A stretch of DNA of 64,000 bases from the human T2T-CHM13v2.0 reference genome, Homo sapiens. The position numbers were made by a program, and so were the translations under genes. This document shows, piece by piece, positions 22,870 to 36,644 of the stretch. The notes under the pieces were generated by a model that was not told the origin of the DNA, did no database searches, and saw only the letters and a program-made list of their open reading frames with translations. The DNA lies in assembly GCF_009914755.1 (NCBI RefSeq), contig NC_060926.1; one strand, written 5' to 3'. Each line of letters starts with the position of its first letter. Position 1 is the first letter of the stretch.

Positions 22870-23272
22870 AAAACACAACATACGTTGAGTGCTTATGTTC
22901 CTGGAACTTTATTCACATGTATGACCTCATTTTATTTTAAGCTGAATTTAGCTCTGGGAGATACAAATCTCCCTGGTTTTGTTTCTTTGTTTGAATTGAT
23001 GAGTATGTTGTAAGAGGAGGGGACGCTGCATCCTGCCTCAGGATTACATAGGTAAGTAGCCAAAACCTCAACGTAATAGGTCAGTTGCCTTCCTGGACAG
23101 GCAATGCAGATTGTGGAGGTGCAGGAACATTAGATGGACCAAGCACCCAGGGCCGACACTGTATGAAGGGAAAGGTCCAGCATTATAGAGTCATGAAGAC
23201 AGACCAGTGAGACCACGAGCCCACGAGCCCCTCTGGAGGGCCTGGGAGGTAGCTCAAAGATGAGTCCAACTT

Positions 23273-23553
23273 GGCCAGGCATGGCAGCTTGCGCCTGTAA
23301 TCCCAGCACTTTGGGAGGCTGAGGCAGGCGGATCATTTGTGGTCAGGAGTTCGAGACCAGCCTGGCCAACATGGCAAAACCCTGTCTCTACAAAAAATAC
23401 AAAAATTAGAGGGGCTTGGTGGCATTTGCCTGTAATCCCAGCTACTCGGGAGGCTGAGTCACAAGCATTGCTTGAACCTAGGAGGTAGAGGTTGCAGTGA
23501 GCTGAGTTCGTGCCACAGCACTCCAGCCTGTGTGACAGGGGGGAAAATGAAAG
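23273..23553 (+). mobile_element. AluS lacking its normal 3' end and poly(A)
   Basis: The Alu ends ...gtgacagggggg aaaatgaaag. Perfect 16-bp TSD AAAGATGAGTCCAACT (23256-23271, 23554-23569). Confidence 0.95.
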
Positions 23554-23960
23554 AAAGATGAGTCCAACTCACACAAGTCATGAGCAGCACAGCCAGATCT
23601 GAGCATCTGGAGAGACCAGTATGGTGACTTTCCCTGGCTCACATCTAGCAGCCCTCCTCATCAGTTGCAGTCCCGCCCTGGAGCTGCACTCTGAAAACGA
23701 GTACTGTGCTGTGGCAGAAGAATAGTCTCGGAATCAGAAAAAAAAAAAAAAAATGAGGTTTAGCTGTGCCTCACACTTGCTGTGTGCCTTTTGTAAGCGA
23801 CTTGCCCGTCCACTAAAATGAGGGTGAGAATGCCCACTTTGCTGGGCTTGCCCTGAGGAACGATGGCTGGCATGGCTGCATGTAAGGTGCTCAACCTGGT
23901 GCCCAGCTCACCCTCGCCTCTCCAGATGGGGTGCTTATGCTTTTTACTTTCTCGCCCCAG

Positions 23961-24113
23961 TTATGGACAGCACTCCTAGGGAGCTGTGGAAAAGAAGTTT
24001 CTGCTTTAGCAGGAATTCAGCTATTATCTTCTCTCTGGAGAAAGCCGTCTGCTTTTGATCTGAGATGGACAAACGAGGCTATTCTGAGAAGGACTAATTA
24101 CAGTACACATCCG
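23961..24113 (+). other. Candidate 153-nt internal exon (probably non-coding)
   Basis: Acceptor tttttactttctcgccccAG| (ends 23960) and donor ccg|GTGAGT (GT 24114) in apparently unique sequence. No transcript evidence is available. Confidence 0.35.
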
Positions 24114-24215
24114 GTGAGTGCCCCTCTCTCGCCCACACACAGATATCAGCACTGCAGTGTGACATGCAGCCAGCCTGGCCATGCAGCCCCAAATCTGTGG
24201 TACCTGTTAGCAGTG

Positions 24216-24230
24216 GTTGCCCATAGCAAC
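24216..24230. promoter_or_regulatory. RFX X-box motif
   Basis: GTTGCC-CAT-AGCAAC matches GTNRCC(N0-3)RGYAAC. Confidence 0.5.
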
Positions 24231-24384
24231 AGTAGGGGAAGAGAGCCTTGAGGATGGAAGTCACTTACAGAGCTTGTGCTTGGTTTTTGTTCATTAGTTC
24301 TTGTTTTTTTTTTATGTGTGTGCATGTATGAGGGCGCAGGCAGTTAGAGGTGGGGGAAGCTGGGGTGGTAGTTGGAGAGAAGAA

Positions 24385-24569
24385 GTGCTTGCTGTACCCA
24401 CTAGTTCTTTCCAGACTTTGCCTTCCGTGGCTCCACAAGGACGTGGTTGAGTCCTTTTGACTCCGAGACACCTTTCCCTGGTTTTAAAAATGGAGCTACT
24501 GAAGCCCATCCCTGCAGACTAGAGTCTCCTGAGGACTGGAGGCACTACAGGCCATGCTCACTGCCTGGC
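24385..24569 (+). repeat. Direct duplication, copy 1 (pairs with 25787-25972)
   Basis: 185 bp, ~12 substitutions plus 1 indel vs copy 2. Also visible as paralogous ORFs (MGFSSSIFKTRERCLG / MGFSGSIFKTRERCLG). Confidence 0.95.
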
Positions 24570-24650
24570 TGTCTGCATTAATTAATTAATGTGTAACTTC
24601 TTAAAAAAAATAAATGTTCAGTTGAGAAAACAACTTATCCTATTTATTTA

Positions 24651-24829
24651 CTACTTCTATGGGTTCCTCCAAGACCTAGTGCTATGCTAGGCATATAGAA
24701 TATCTAGTGTATGTTTATAATGTCCTGTTAAATCAGCAAATGAGCCCATGATGTCCACAGAAACAAAACCTGTTGACACTCTTAGCTCCTCTTACGTAGA
24801 GATGGAAGCTCTAGAGCCCCACTCAACAA
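24651..24829 (-). repeat. Inverted repeat, arm 2 (pairs with 22691-22869)
   Basis: Reverse complement of arm 1. Part of it resembles a decayed L2 3' end. Confidence 0.95.
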
Positions 24830-24949
24830 CTGGAGACCCCTGCCTCATCTCACTCCAAGTCACATTAACCCCTTTCTGGGAAATGGTTCTAGGCTTCTCT
24901 GGGGCTTTAGGATAGGGATTTTGGATGAAGTAAAGCTGAAGAAAGGAAG

Positions 24950-25304
24950 TATATTAGTCTGTTCTCATGCTGCTAATAAAGACATACCAGAGACTGGGTA
25001 ATTTAAAAAAGAAAGATGTTTAATTGACTCAAAGTTCCACATGGCCAGGGAGGCCTCGCAATCATAGTGGAAGGTGAATGAGGAGCAAAGTCACATCTTC
25101 CGTGGCGGCAGGCAAGAGAGCTTGTGCAGGGGAACTCCCCTTTATAAAACCATCAGATCTCATGAGACTTATTCACTACCATGAGAACAGTGTGGGGGAA
25201 ACAGCCCCCATCATCCAATTATCTCACATAGACCTGCTCTTGACTTGTGGGGATTATTACAATTCAAGGTGAGATTTGGGTGGGGACACAGCCAATCCAT
25301 ATCG
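24950..25304 (-). mobile_element. THE1 (THE1C-like) MaLR solo LTR
   Basis: tatattagtctgttctcatgctgctaataaagacatac ... gatttgggtggggacacagccaatccatatcg. TSD GGAAG (24945-24949, 25305-25309). Confidence 0.93.
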
Positions 25305-25786
25305 GGAAGTAAGGCAGAAGAAGAGGCTGTGGAGTGCCAGGGGAACTTCCACCATGGAAAGACAAGAATAATGATAATGAAGCAGATCTGAGTGTGCTCA
25401 GAATGGGAGCAGGGAAGGTCCATGGTTCACCATCTCTGAGTAAAGTAAGCTCACAATGAGGGGCTATGCTTCATCAGAACATCATTCTTCAAAACCTGGG
25501 GGGCTTCTCAGGAACTTCTCCAAGTGGCACAACCTCAGGCAGGTCACCAGCCTCTCAGCATCTGAGGTGTCAGTACTGTGATCCATCAATGGGAAAAATT
25601 TCTGTCCTTCTTTGGGTTGCTGAAGAATGCACTGCAATGTAGAAAGTTCCTAATCTAATGCCTGGCACCGTGTAGGACTCAACAATTGCAAATTTTGTCC
25701 CTGTAAGGGGATACACTGTGACAAAGCAATGAGAATGAGCCAAGGGTCAGAGAAAATTTCCTGCCCACTTTTTTTGCCTGCCTTAT

Positions 25787-25972
25787 GTGCTTGTTGTACC
25801 CACTAGTTCTTTCTGGACTTTGCCCTCCCTGGCTCCACAAGGATATGGTTGAGTCCTTTTGACTCCCGAGACACCTTTCCCTGGTTTTAAAAATGGAGCC
25901 ACTGAAGCCCATCCCTGCAGACTAGAGTCTCCTGAGGACTGGAGGCACTGTAAGTCATGCTCACTGCCTGGC
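25787..25972 (+). repeat. Direct duplication, copy 2
   Basis: 186 bp, ~93% identical to 24385-24569. Followed closely by donor-like gag|GTAAGA (GT 25982). Confidence 0.95.
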
Positions 25973-27324
25973 ACCATGGAGGTAAGATTTGGTCCCCTTG
26001 TCAACACTCAACCTTCTTAACACCAAAGCATGACGTAAGAAGGAAGAGTGGTTTGCTTTTTTTCTTTCACTTTTTGCCAGTTTGGTGTAGATTCCATACT
26101 CTTAATTTCTTAGCTATATAGTACATTATTGCATAAGATAAATCAATTTAAATATCTTGCTTTTGCTCCTCTACTCCTATTTGTTTACTACTCACGATTA
26201 AATTTAAAAACATTTTGTCTTTTAACAACTCTAGAATTTTGACATAAATGTGTTAAGCCCATAAATCAATCTGCAAAAGACTGATGTTTTTGCAGCACTA
26301 ACCACATTATTGTTATGTAGGTCTCAATCACATAATCATCTCTTCTGATACTACAAACAGCATCATTTCCTGATATTTTCCCCCAAATCGGTGCTCATTG
26401 CCTAACTCAGAGCCTTATATGTAGTGAGTACTCATTACATATGTGAAAACATAGAGCTCTAGGAAAATACTTTTTTGGGGGTAGCTGTTCTGCTAGAATC
26501 CATACATCCTAGAATCTTTTAAACTCAGAATCCATGACAATTCCTAAAGCATGTGGTCTTTTTTGTTTTACATGTAAGTTGATTGAATTGTATTTTGTCA
26601 GAGGAAAAAAACACAAGCAGAACAAGCTTCTGAGAAGATTACCATTTTTGAAAAACACCTTTTTCCCCCGGAATAACTGTATAAAGGAACACAGCACTTT
26701 GTATCCATAAAACCTTTCACCAAGGATCAATATTTTATATTTGTAATGAGTTAATGCTGAATATGTAAATAATTTTAGAATAAAATTTTATAAAAATGTA
26801 TTATATTTGTCTGCACTTGATAGCTCATGCTAATCATGCCAGTAAATAAATTGACACAGGGAATTCTTATCCCAGCATTCTAAATACCAATGACTTATAA
26901 CAAATTAGATGACCAAGAAAATCACATCATGTTGACCAAGAGCTAGAAGGTGCAGTCCTTCTCCCTCTGAGCCTCAGATTCCTTGATGTGAAATGTTGAG
27001 ATTGGAGCCAAAGATGATGGAGGAACCTTAGGCTAATTATTTCTAGGGAGTTATTTCTTCACCTGTGAAAGGAAGAAGTAATCTGTAAAGGGACCTTTCA
27101 ACAGTGACATGGATGGGATTATATTTGAAACTGAACTGCGACCCTCAGGAGACCAACTGTTACTGTGGTGGTGGGAGCTGAGAGTAGAGACAAAGAGCCA
27201 CTGAGTTTGCTAAATCCAAGCTCACAGAAACTCACACAAGTCATGGTATATTGAAGGACCACCCAGAGGAAACTCAAGGTAATTTCAAATAGCTTTTTTT
27301 TTTTTTTAAGTTCTAATACCACTC

Positions 27325-27668
27325 TGCATCAGTCCATTCTCATGCTGCTTATAAAGACATACCCAAGACTGGGCAATTTACAAAAGAAAGAATTTTAATA
27401 GACTTATGGTTCCACATGGCTGGGAAGGCTTCACAATTATGGCAGAGGGTGAAAGGCACATCTCACATGGTGGCAGACAAGAGAAGAGAGATTGTGCAGG
27501 GAAACTCCCCTTTTTAAAACCATCAGATCTCGTGAGACTTATTCACTATCATGAGAACGGCTTGGGAAAGACCTGCCTCCATGATTCAATTACCTCCCAC
27601 CGGGTCCCTCCCGTAACGTGTGGGAATTCAAGATGAGATTTGGGTGGGGACACAGCCAAACCATATCA
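27325..27668 (-). mobile_element. THE1 (THE1B-like) MaLR solo LTR
   Basis: THE1 text throughout. TSD CACTC (27320-27324, 27669-27673). Confidence 0.93.
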
Positions 27669-30325
27669 CACTCCTAGGTTTAGATTGTATTTCTTTGTTA
27701 AAATAGAAATGTGTTAAAGGAAAACAAAAGTAAATCACAAAGCCAAATGTCTTGTGACTGTGGAGAAAATGAAGACAGGAGCCTATTCCTGTCCATATGC
27801 AGGCATCTTCCTACAGCTCATGGAAGTTGAACCACAGCTGCAAACTAAGCATCGATTTTAAAGCCCTGTGATGGACTCGTCTGTGAGTCCCCAGCCTTGC
27901 TGCAGCCTCTGGTCCCACCTCCTGCCATGGTCACCCTTTTTGCTTCAGAAACCCTGTGGTATTTCTTTCTGTCTGACATAGATACGGGTGAAGTTGGCAT
28001 ACACATTGCATTCTCTTTCTCCCTCCTGCCCTCTCTTTCTTTTTCAAGCACTTGCTGTATGCAGGCCCTGTGGTAGGCAATGTGAAAACAGATGAATTGG
28101 CCTCAGTCCTGGCCCTCAAAGCAGACTCACAGTTTTTCTCACAGTACAAGGCAGTACACCATGATGGAGGCTTATTCAAGAGAAGGTGAGAAGGGACATA
28201 ATGCATTTACGTGCAGGTTCTCTGAGAGCACAGAGGTTAAGCTGATTACCTGTACCTGGAAGTTTTTAGAAAGAATAAAGAAGAATTTACCAGAAGGCAA
28301 GGAGTGGAGGGAGAAGGTCATGTCAGGCAGAGCATATGATCTGTACAAATGCATAGAAAATGTTCCTGTAAAGAGGCAATTATGGTTAGGCATATTGGAA
28401 AGGATTTCTGTTCTCAGAAAAAGACCAAGTTCTCTTTGTAATGGCCAAATATCTGTGAAATCAGAGTACCTATCAAATTATTAGCATCATTGTATATATT
28501 TGAATAGAATCTTATGCTTTATCGAAAATATTCTAGGATACAAACTGTAATGATGAAGCATGGAAAAAAAAACAAAAAACAAACATGGGCTAGGAATGAA
28601 CATGCCACATAGTAATGTCAGCTCCACTACTTGCCATCCATGTGATTGCGATCCAGTTATTTACCTCTTTGATGCCATTTATTTATCAACTAGGTAGAGC
28701 CAATATTAAGGTCTATCTTGCAGGCTATTGTCAATGTCACAGGTGATGGTATAGTTAAACTACAGTACATGGTACATGGGGGAGGCAGCTCTCTCACTTG
28801 ATGTGCGGTATGCAGTCATGCGGTATGACAGGACAATGTACCAACCCCAATTTCAGAGATGTATCAAGTTATGGTTGAAAGTCCTCTGTCCAAATGCTGC
28901 CTCAGTTCTGATCCTTATTATAGAACAGGCAATTACACTGCCTCCTAAAGAAGCACTATTTTTCCAAGGAGATTACTCCTCGATTGATTTCACCGTTGTC
29001 CCCTGTTATATAATCCCCTTGGCTGTCACAGCATGCAGACTTTTATAAAGACATTCAATACTGAGATCAAATGAAACTGTATCATTTGTATCCAAAGTTG
29101 AGAGATGCTCAGTTTTTGAAGGTTATAAAAACATGGAGCCCCCAAGAATAAAGCTATAATCTGCATGAACAGTAGCCTTTAATTGCCTGGGAAGATGAGA
29201 AGTCTTTAAAATGAAACACTGGTCAATACTGGTCATTCCCACCAGCATAGCCTCACACACAAAAACCCAAAGAAGTGCATGCTTATTATTTATGACTGGG
29301 AAACACCAGTGCTTATGGTTAATATTTCTTTTGATTTTTTCTTCAGTTTCTCTTGTTGATCAATATTTTTTAAATCATCATAGTCTTGACTGACTGTAGG
29401 GAAGACTGGGAACCATAGAGCATGAGAAGTGTCCTGGAGAGGAGAAGCCATTTCCAGCAGGGTTTGGTTCATTCTCCTAGTGGGTTCATGACTCAGATAA
29501 GCAGACATTAGACTATGGCAATAGAGGGTCTGCAGAGTAGAAGAAACCAGTACTTTGGACTTTGCTCAGACTACTGAGCAGACATTTCATATGCCTGTTG
29601 CTTTTTTCTCTAAATTTAGTTGTTTGTGCCTCTACCTCCTCATCTATGTTATGAGCTTCCCAAGGTCAGACACTGTGACTTACTTTTCTTTTGTTTCTCA
29701 GCATCTAACATAGGCTTAACACATAATGACCCTCAGTAAATGTTGGATTTCTTTATGTTAAAAAGCCAAATATGCACTAAAGCCACGCTATGTGTCAGAC
29801 ACTCTGCAAGGTATTGCTAGTTTTCCTGTACTCCAAGAAGGCATGGTTAAGAAGGTAAAACAAAAATGCCACAGTATATGCGTGTATGCACTGAAGAGAG
29901 AAAAAAGAACCTAAGACTTCCAAACGGATGGAGATGTCTTCCTAAAGAGGTAAAGCTTTACGTAGTCATTGAATAATGCCTTCGAATTTGCCACCTAGGC
30001 AAATAATGGAAAATAAATGAATAAATGAGCAATTCTATAGATGGCCTTTCTGACTCCACAAGTCTGTGAAACTGAACTATTACAATATGGGAGTTTCCCA
30101 CTTACCAGGATGCAGTGGGATTAGAAATCATTCTGATTCTAAAAAGAAAAAATAATAATTTGGCTCAGAATATTAATGAGGCACAGATGGCCCGAAGAAC
30201 CATACCAGAGATTAATTGTGATGGACACGTGATAAGATCAATCCCACCAACTCATCCAGAGGACCTGGCAGCACACGCCCAGCTGCAGGAGCAGGTGTTC
30301 GGATATAACCTACACAGTCCTGACC

Positions 30326-30785
30326 TGTGTCAGCTGGGTGCTCCAGGAAGATGACACTGAGAGAGAATAAGGAGAGTGCAAGGACATTATGCGGGCAAGC
30401 ATGTGAAAGATATGAAAGGAAGGACATCAAGATGAGGGACATCAAGCTTTCAGAGCATGAGGTGGATCCAGCACCTGTGAAAAGAAGGGAGGAAGGCAGT
30501 GACCAGGCCTGGGCAGGGAGAGACTCAGAGAGCAACGCAGATCTGATCTTTTCAGCCAACCCAACAATGAGTGTCCGAGAAGGATCATCTATCAGAGGAG
30601 TCCTGTGCTGGGAAGAAATGTCCAGATTCTAGTCCCCTTGCCCTGCTCAGACATTGTTTGAAGGCTTCTCAGGAAGAGCACAGCCTTGCCCTGAAAGGTG
30701 GGGTAGATCCTGGAAATGCTTTGCAGCACAACCACCAGTTCTTTATTGAAGGTTGACCCTGGGGGTGCAGCTCAATGGCCACCAC
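30326..30785 (-). mobile_element. ERVL LTR16-like solo LTR
   Basis: 'tgtgtcagctgggtgctccaggaagatgacactgagagag...gagtgcaaggacattat' and 'gggcagggagagactcagag...gcagatctga' resemble LTR16 family consensus as recalled. TG...CA ends are plausible. Confidence 0.5.
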
Positions 30786-32278
30786 ACTCCTCGGCACCAT
30801 CCCCACCTCTGTGCAGCTTCTACACACCTGGAGTTACCTAATCCTCAGCCCTAGCTCGGGGCGGTTACTCTGTGTCCATCAGTCCATAGCTGGATCTCTC
30901 GGTGCCAGTTCTGCCTGGCAGCCTGCCCACTCTATTCACACACTTCTGTTCTAGCAAACGGACATCACACTTGCTCTAGGGCTCAAGCTACCGCATTGCC
31001 CCAGTTCCTTAGGAAGAGATTCTATCCTGCTGCCTCTATCCCCCATGCCAGGAGACTGACCATGAGCTTCAGATATGGGCTTTTCTCCTTCATTTTCTCA
31101 GGATGGAACGGCCAGCTGGTTGTCTTCTTTACATTCATAAATTGAGGGTGGTCATGCCTCCCTCACAGGGTTCAGGATTAAATGTGGCAGCAGCTGTGAG
31201 TGAACCTCCTTATCCAGAGGATGATATCTAGAGATGAGGAGCCACTGCTGCTCCCTACTCAGTCAGTCTTCAGATTCACCACCGCTGCTGAGCAACCAGT
31301 GCGGGTCAAATTCCAACTGCGGCTGTGAACACTGTGAGTGATGTGCACATACCTTTCCTCATTATTTGTGTGTGGTTTTCTTTTTTTTGTCTTTTACTCC
31401 CCAGTAGACTGGAAGCTCTGTGAGAATTTCTGTCTTAGTTTTTCTGCTGTGCTTCCTGTGGATCCCTCAGTTCATAAAACAGGGGCCAGGCAGATACTAA
31501 GTGTTAAGCAAGTATTTGTTGAATAAATAAATGTGGTCCTGTCAGCAACTCTCACAGGGAAGCATAATATTGCCTACATTTTAAATATGGGGAAACTGAG
31601 GCTGGAGGAGGTGAACTGACTTGGCAAAAATCACCCTGGTAGTCACGGCTGCTCCAAACTCAAGGTCTGACTGGCTGAGCCTTCCATATTAATTCTGCTC
31701 CTGACCACAGATTGTACAGGAGTTCTACCCAATTCATTCTCTCAAACACCTGCATGTCCAACTACTATATAATAAGGAGAAATTGGGGTGTCAGTGAGGT
31801 GGTAGACATACATCTGTTTTTCTCATTTAGTTGTCACAACAAGCCAATAAACTAGTTACTGATACTGTCCCCATTGCAGGGATGAAGAACCTCGAGCTCA
31901 GAACAGTGCTGTCGGCTGGTAGGAGGCACACAGAGCTGGGGTGTTTGGTTTCATTCTCTTGTTGTCCCTCTGCTGCAGACACTCTATCCCTCTGTGTCCA
32001 CCTGGGTGCTGCCTTCCTCCAGGTGACAACTCAAAAGACATCTCATCAGAGAGGCCTTCCTGGACCACCCTTCAAACACAGCCCCAAGTTTCTCCCTATC
32101 AAGTTATCTTCCCATTCTCATCAGAATGTGATACCACCTCATTCATTTTGGAGTTTGTCTCCCATCACTAGTACCAAGGATCTTTGCAGACATGTGCTCT
32201 TCCCCATCCCTGGTGTCTGGACGGTGCTGGGCACACTGGAGGAGTGTGATGAGTGTATGCAGACTGACTGCCTCTTCC

Positions 32279-32619
<341 letters not shown>

Positions 32620-33271
32620 GACTTGCCTCTTTCTACCACGATGAGCAAATTCTTCTCTCAGGGGATGCTTTGTATCTCCTGAGCCCCATAAGACCTGTCT
32701 GGTGTAAAGGGACCTGAAGAGGAAACATAATTCATATTTCTGCAACTTAGAGACAGAGGAAAATTGTTCTAACTTTCACATCCTCTGAAGATGAAAATTA
32801 CAACTTTGCTCAGGAACTCATCCCATTGTCTAACCACCCTGCCAGGAAATTCTTCTACGGATCTGACTGAAATTTGTCCAGCTGTGGCTGAAACCGACTC
32901 TGTCCTGGGTGGTCCTCAGTCATGGCAGCCGGTGAAAGAGCTCTTTGTGTCAAATGATGACACCCCACCCAGACCTCTCCATGAGAGAGAACAGTGGACT
33001 TCCCACAGGGTTACAGCCCGAGTGATTTCGCAGGCTCCAGGGAGGCAGCGCGAGTGCAGATGACGCCCCAGAGAAGCCTGGAAGATCTGGATGCAAATTC
33101 TAGCTCCTCATCTGCCTGCTGGGTGACCCAGGCTGAGTGATTTAACCTCCAGAGTTTATTTGTTCATCAATAGTGTGCACAATACCTGTCTCACAGGACT
33201 GTTCATAAGGGACATGATGGTTGTAAGCTGTTGCTTGTTTCTCTTCTTCTTCATTTATTTAAAAGTTGCAA

Positions 33272-33651
<380 letters not shown>

Positions 33652-34647
33652 TCACTGAACAAATTTAGGGCAGCGGTCACAACATCTCTTTCATCACAGT
33701 TACAGAATTACCTTTGTAATTTTCCCCTCATCTCTCATGCAAGTTTGAAGCTCCCTCTGATCTCAAATCCATAAGGGAAAAGCGTTCGCTATATAGAGAG
33801 AGGGCTTTTGAACCAAATCATTTTTAAGGCACCTGATATGCTCCCAGGAGGAGACTTGAGGCCTCACGGCTACCTGGCTGACAAATGTGAGGCTCATTAC
33901 ATCTCCCAACAGCCCCACATCTCATTCAACTGAACTCGCTTCAAGTCATGCCATTCCCATCCTTCCACGGAGCCTAGCAGTGTGGGAGCTGACAATGCAA
34001 AGACTCAGAGGCGGCCAAGGCTGCAGACGTGGGCTGTCTTGGCTCCCGTTGTGGGTAGATGCAGTCACATCAGATCCCTCGCAGCCAAGCAAACACAGCT
34101 GTGACCGATATTGTCACTGTTTCCACTTCAAATTAACACTTATTTTCAAAATTTTACCTACAGTCATCAGGCAAGGAATAAATCCTTAGTGCCGGAAGGC
34201 ATCTTAGTTTGTCTTATAGATGCAGAAGCTGAAGAGCCCAAGAGGGGAGTGTCTTGCCCGTTGATTTTATGGCAGAGCAGAGCTAGAACCCAGGCCACAC
34301 ACTAGCTGTGTGAACTCAGGCAAACCATCCCATTTTCTCTGTCTCTATGTCCCCATCTATAAAACAGTGAGAGTAAACTTCAGAGGCCTCATAATGCCAA
34401 TGTGAATATTAAATAGGTGACTAGATATTCACTGCTTAGAATGCCTGGCATTTAGTAAGCACTGAGTGAAAGCTATTATTTCACCATTCCTCTTTGATAG
34501 GTAAGAAAACTGAGATGCCCAGATGCAGTATCAGAGAGTGAATTAATGAAAAAGTAGAAATTAACACCAAGCTTTCCTGACTCCCTGTGGAATGCTCTTT
34601 CCTTCACAGCAATTAAATTAATAGGATCACAAAATGTTAATGATAAA

Positions 34648-34990
<343 letters not shown>

Positions 34991-35317
34991 TCAATGACAG
35001 AAAGGGCTTTAGACTCTTGCCCAGTTTCTCTGTTGTGCAGCATGAAAACCAAGGTGCAAAAAGGAGAAATACCAGCTGTGTACTGGACCTGCCTGGGAAG
35101 ATGATGAGAAATAAAGATTACTGGACCCAACTCTGAACCTACAGAATTGACATCTCTGGAAGAAGCACCTGAAATTTTTTTATTTTTAACAGTTACTCTC
35201 ATGAAGCCAGCTTAAAACAGACTTGTGGACTGATGTTTCTAATTCAGAATCACTGTATTATAGCATTCCAGCCTGGCTTACATAAACGTTTTGGTTGATT
35301 ACATTGGTAACTCTAGG

Positions 35318-35605
35318 CCAGTAATCTACAAATGATCTTTATTTCACTTCTTTTGTATGCCTGTATATTGATTTATAAAGTATGTGATCAAAGTACTTCA
35401 CTCAAAATATTATGTTTATTATTGAAGTGACATGCAAAATATAGAAATTTTGGAAAAGAAATATATTTTATTATATAAATTCTATTTGTAATAGAATATA
35501 AATGGAAAATAAATAGAAATAGAAGTTCCAACACTGTCTTCCCATCACAACAGGTCATCCTCAGCATTGCCTAGAGAACCACCCCCAACCCTGGAGACCA
35601 CAGCT
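35318..35605 (-). mobile_element. hAT-Charlie relic (Charlie18a-like)
   Basis: Reverse strand reads ctgtggtctccagggttggggg...gggaagacagtgttggaacttctatttctatttatttt. A MER5-like fragment lies just upstream (~35110-35210). Confidence 0.45.
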
Positions 35606-36069
35606 CTAGAGATGAACGTATTGTTTGAAGGCATCAAGGGGCATGCCACCAAACTGCTGCTGCCCAGTCTCCTGCCCTCTTCTGTCATTCAGAAGTGCAA
35701 AGTTTTGAAGGAGAAGCTGGTGTATGACCCCTGATGGTACTGCCTTCCCTGAGACAGCAGGAACTGCTGAACTTGTCCTTGAGATCCAATCTGTGTCAGG
35801 CTAACTCCCCATACTTTATCTAATATCTCCACTTCTTGTCCTTGCCCCAAGTAGTATAGGTGCTAATATAATTGGACATGCAGTGAGTCATGTCATTAGT
35901 GGACGGCCCACAGTGCATTAAAAGTTATCCTTGGAAGTGTGGTTCTTTCTACTCTGTCCACATCTGGCAGGAGGGATGACCTGACCTCAGAGAAAGCCAT
36001 ATCAGCTCTGCTACCTTTCTCCCTGTCTTCTTTAACTCCAGAAATTCATTTCTGGGTTTTAGGAATTTA

Positions 36070-36644
<575 letters not shown>

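Noticed and set aside
22691-24829. Inverted arms as the TIRs of a new DNA transposon
   Set aside because: No TSD is visible outside the arms, there is no transposase relic, the loop holds ordinary MIR/Alu/unique DNA, and the arms include decayed L2-like sequence.
28092-28484. 130-aa ORF (also 31831-32340 and 55441-55839) as host coding exons
   Set aside because: No recognisable domain, lengths are compatible with chance, and some overlap repeat-derived sequence.
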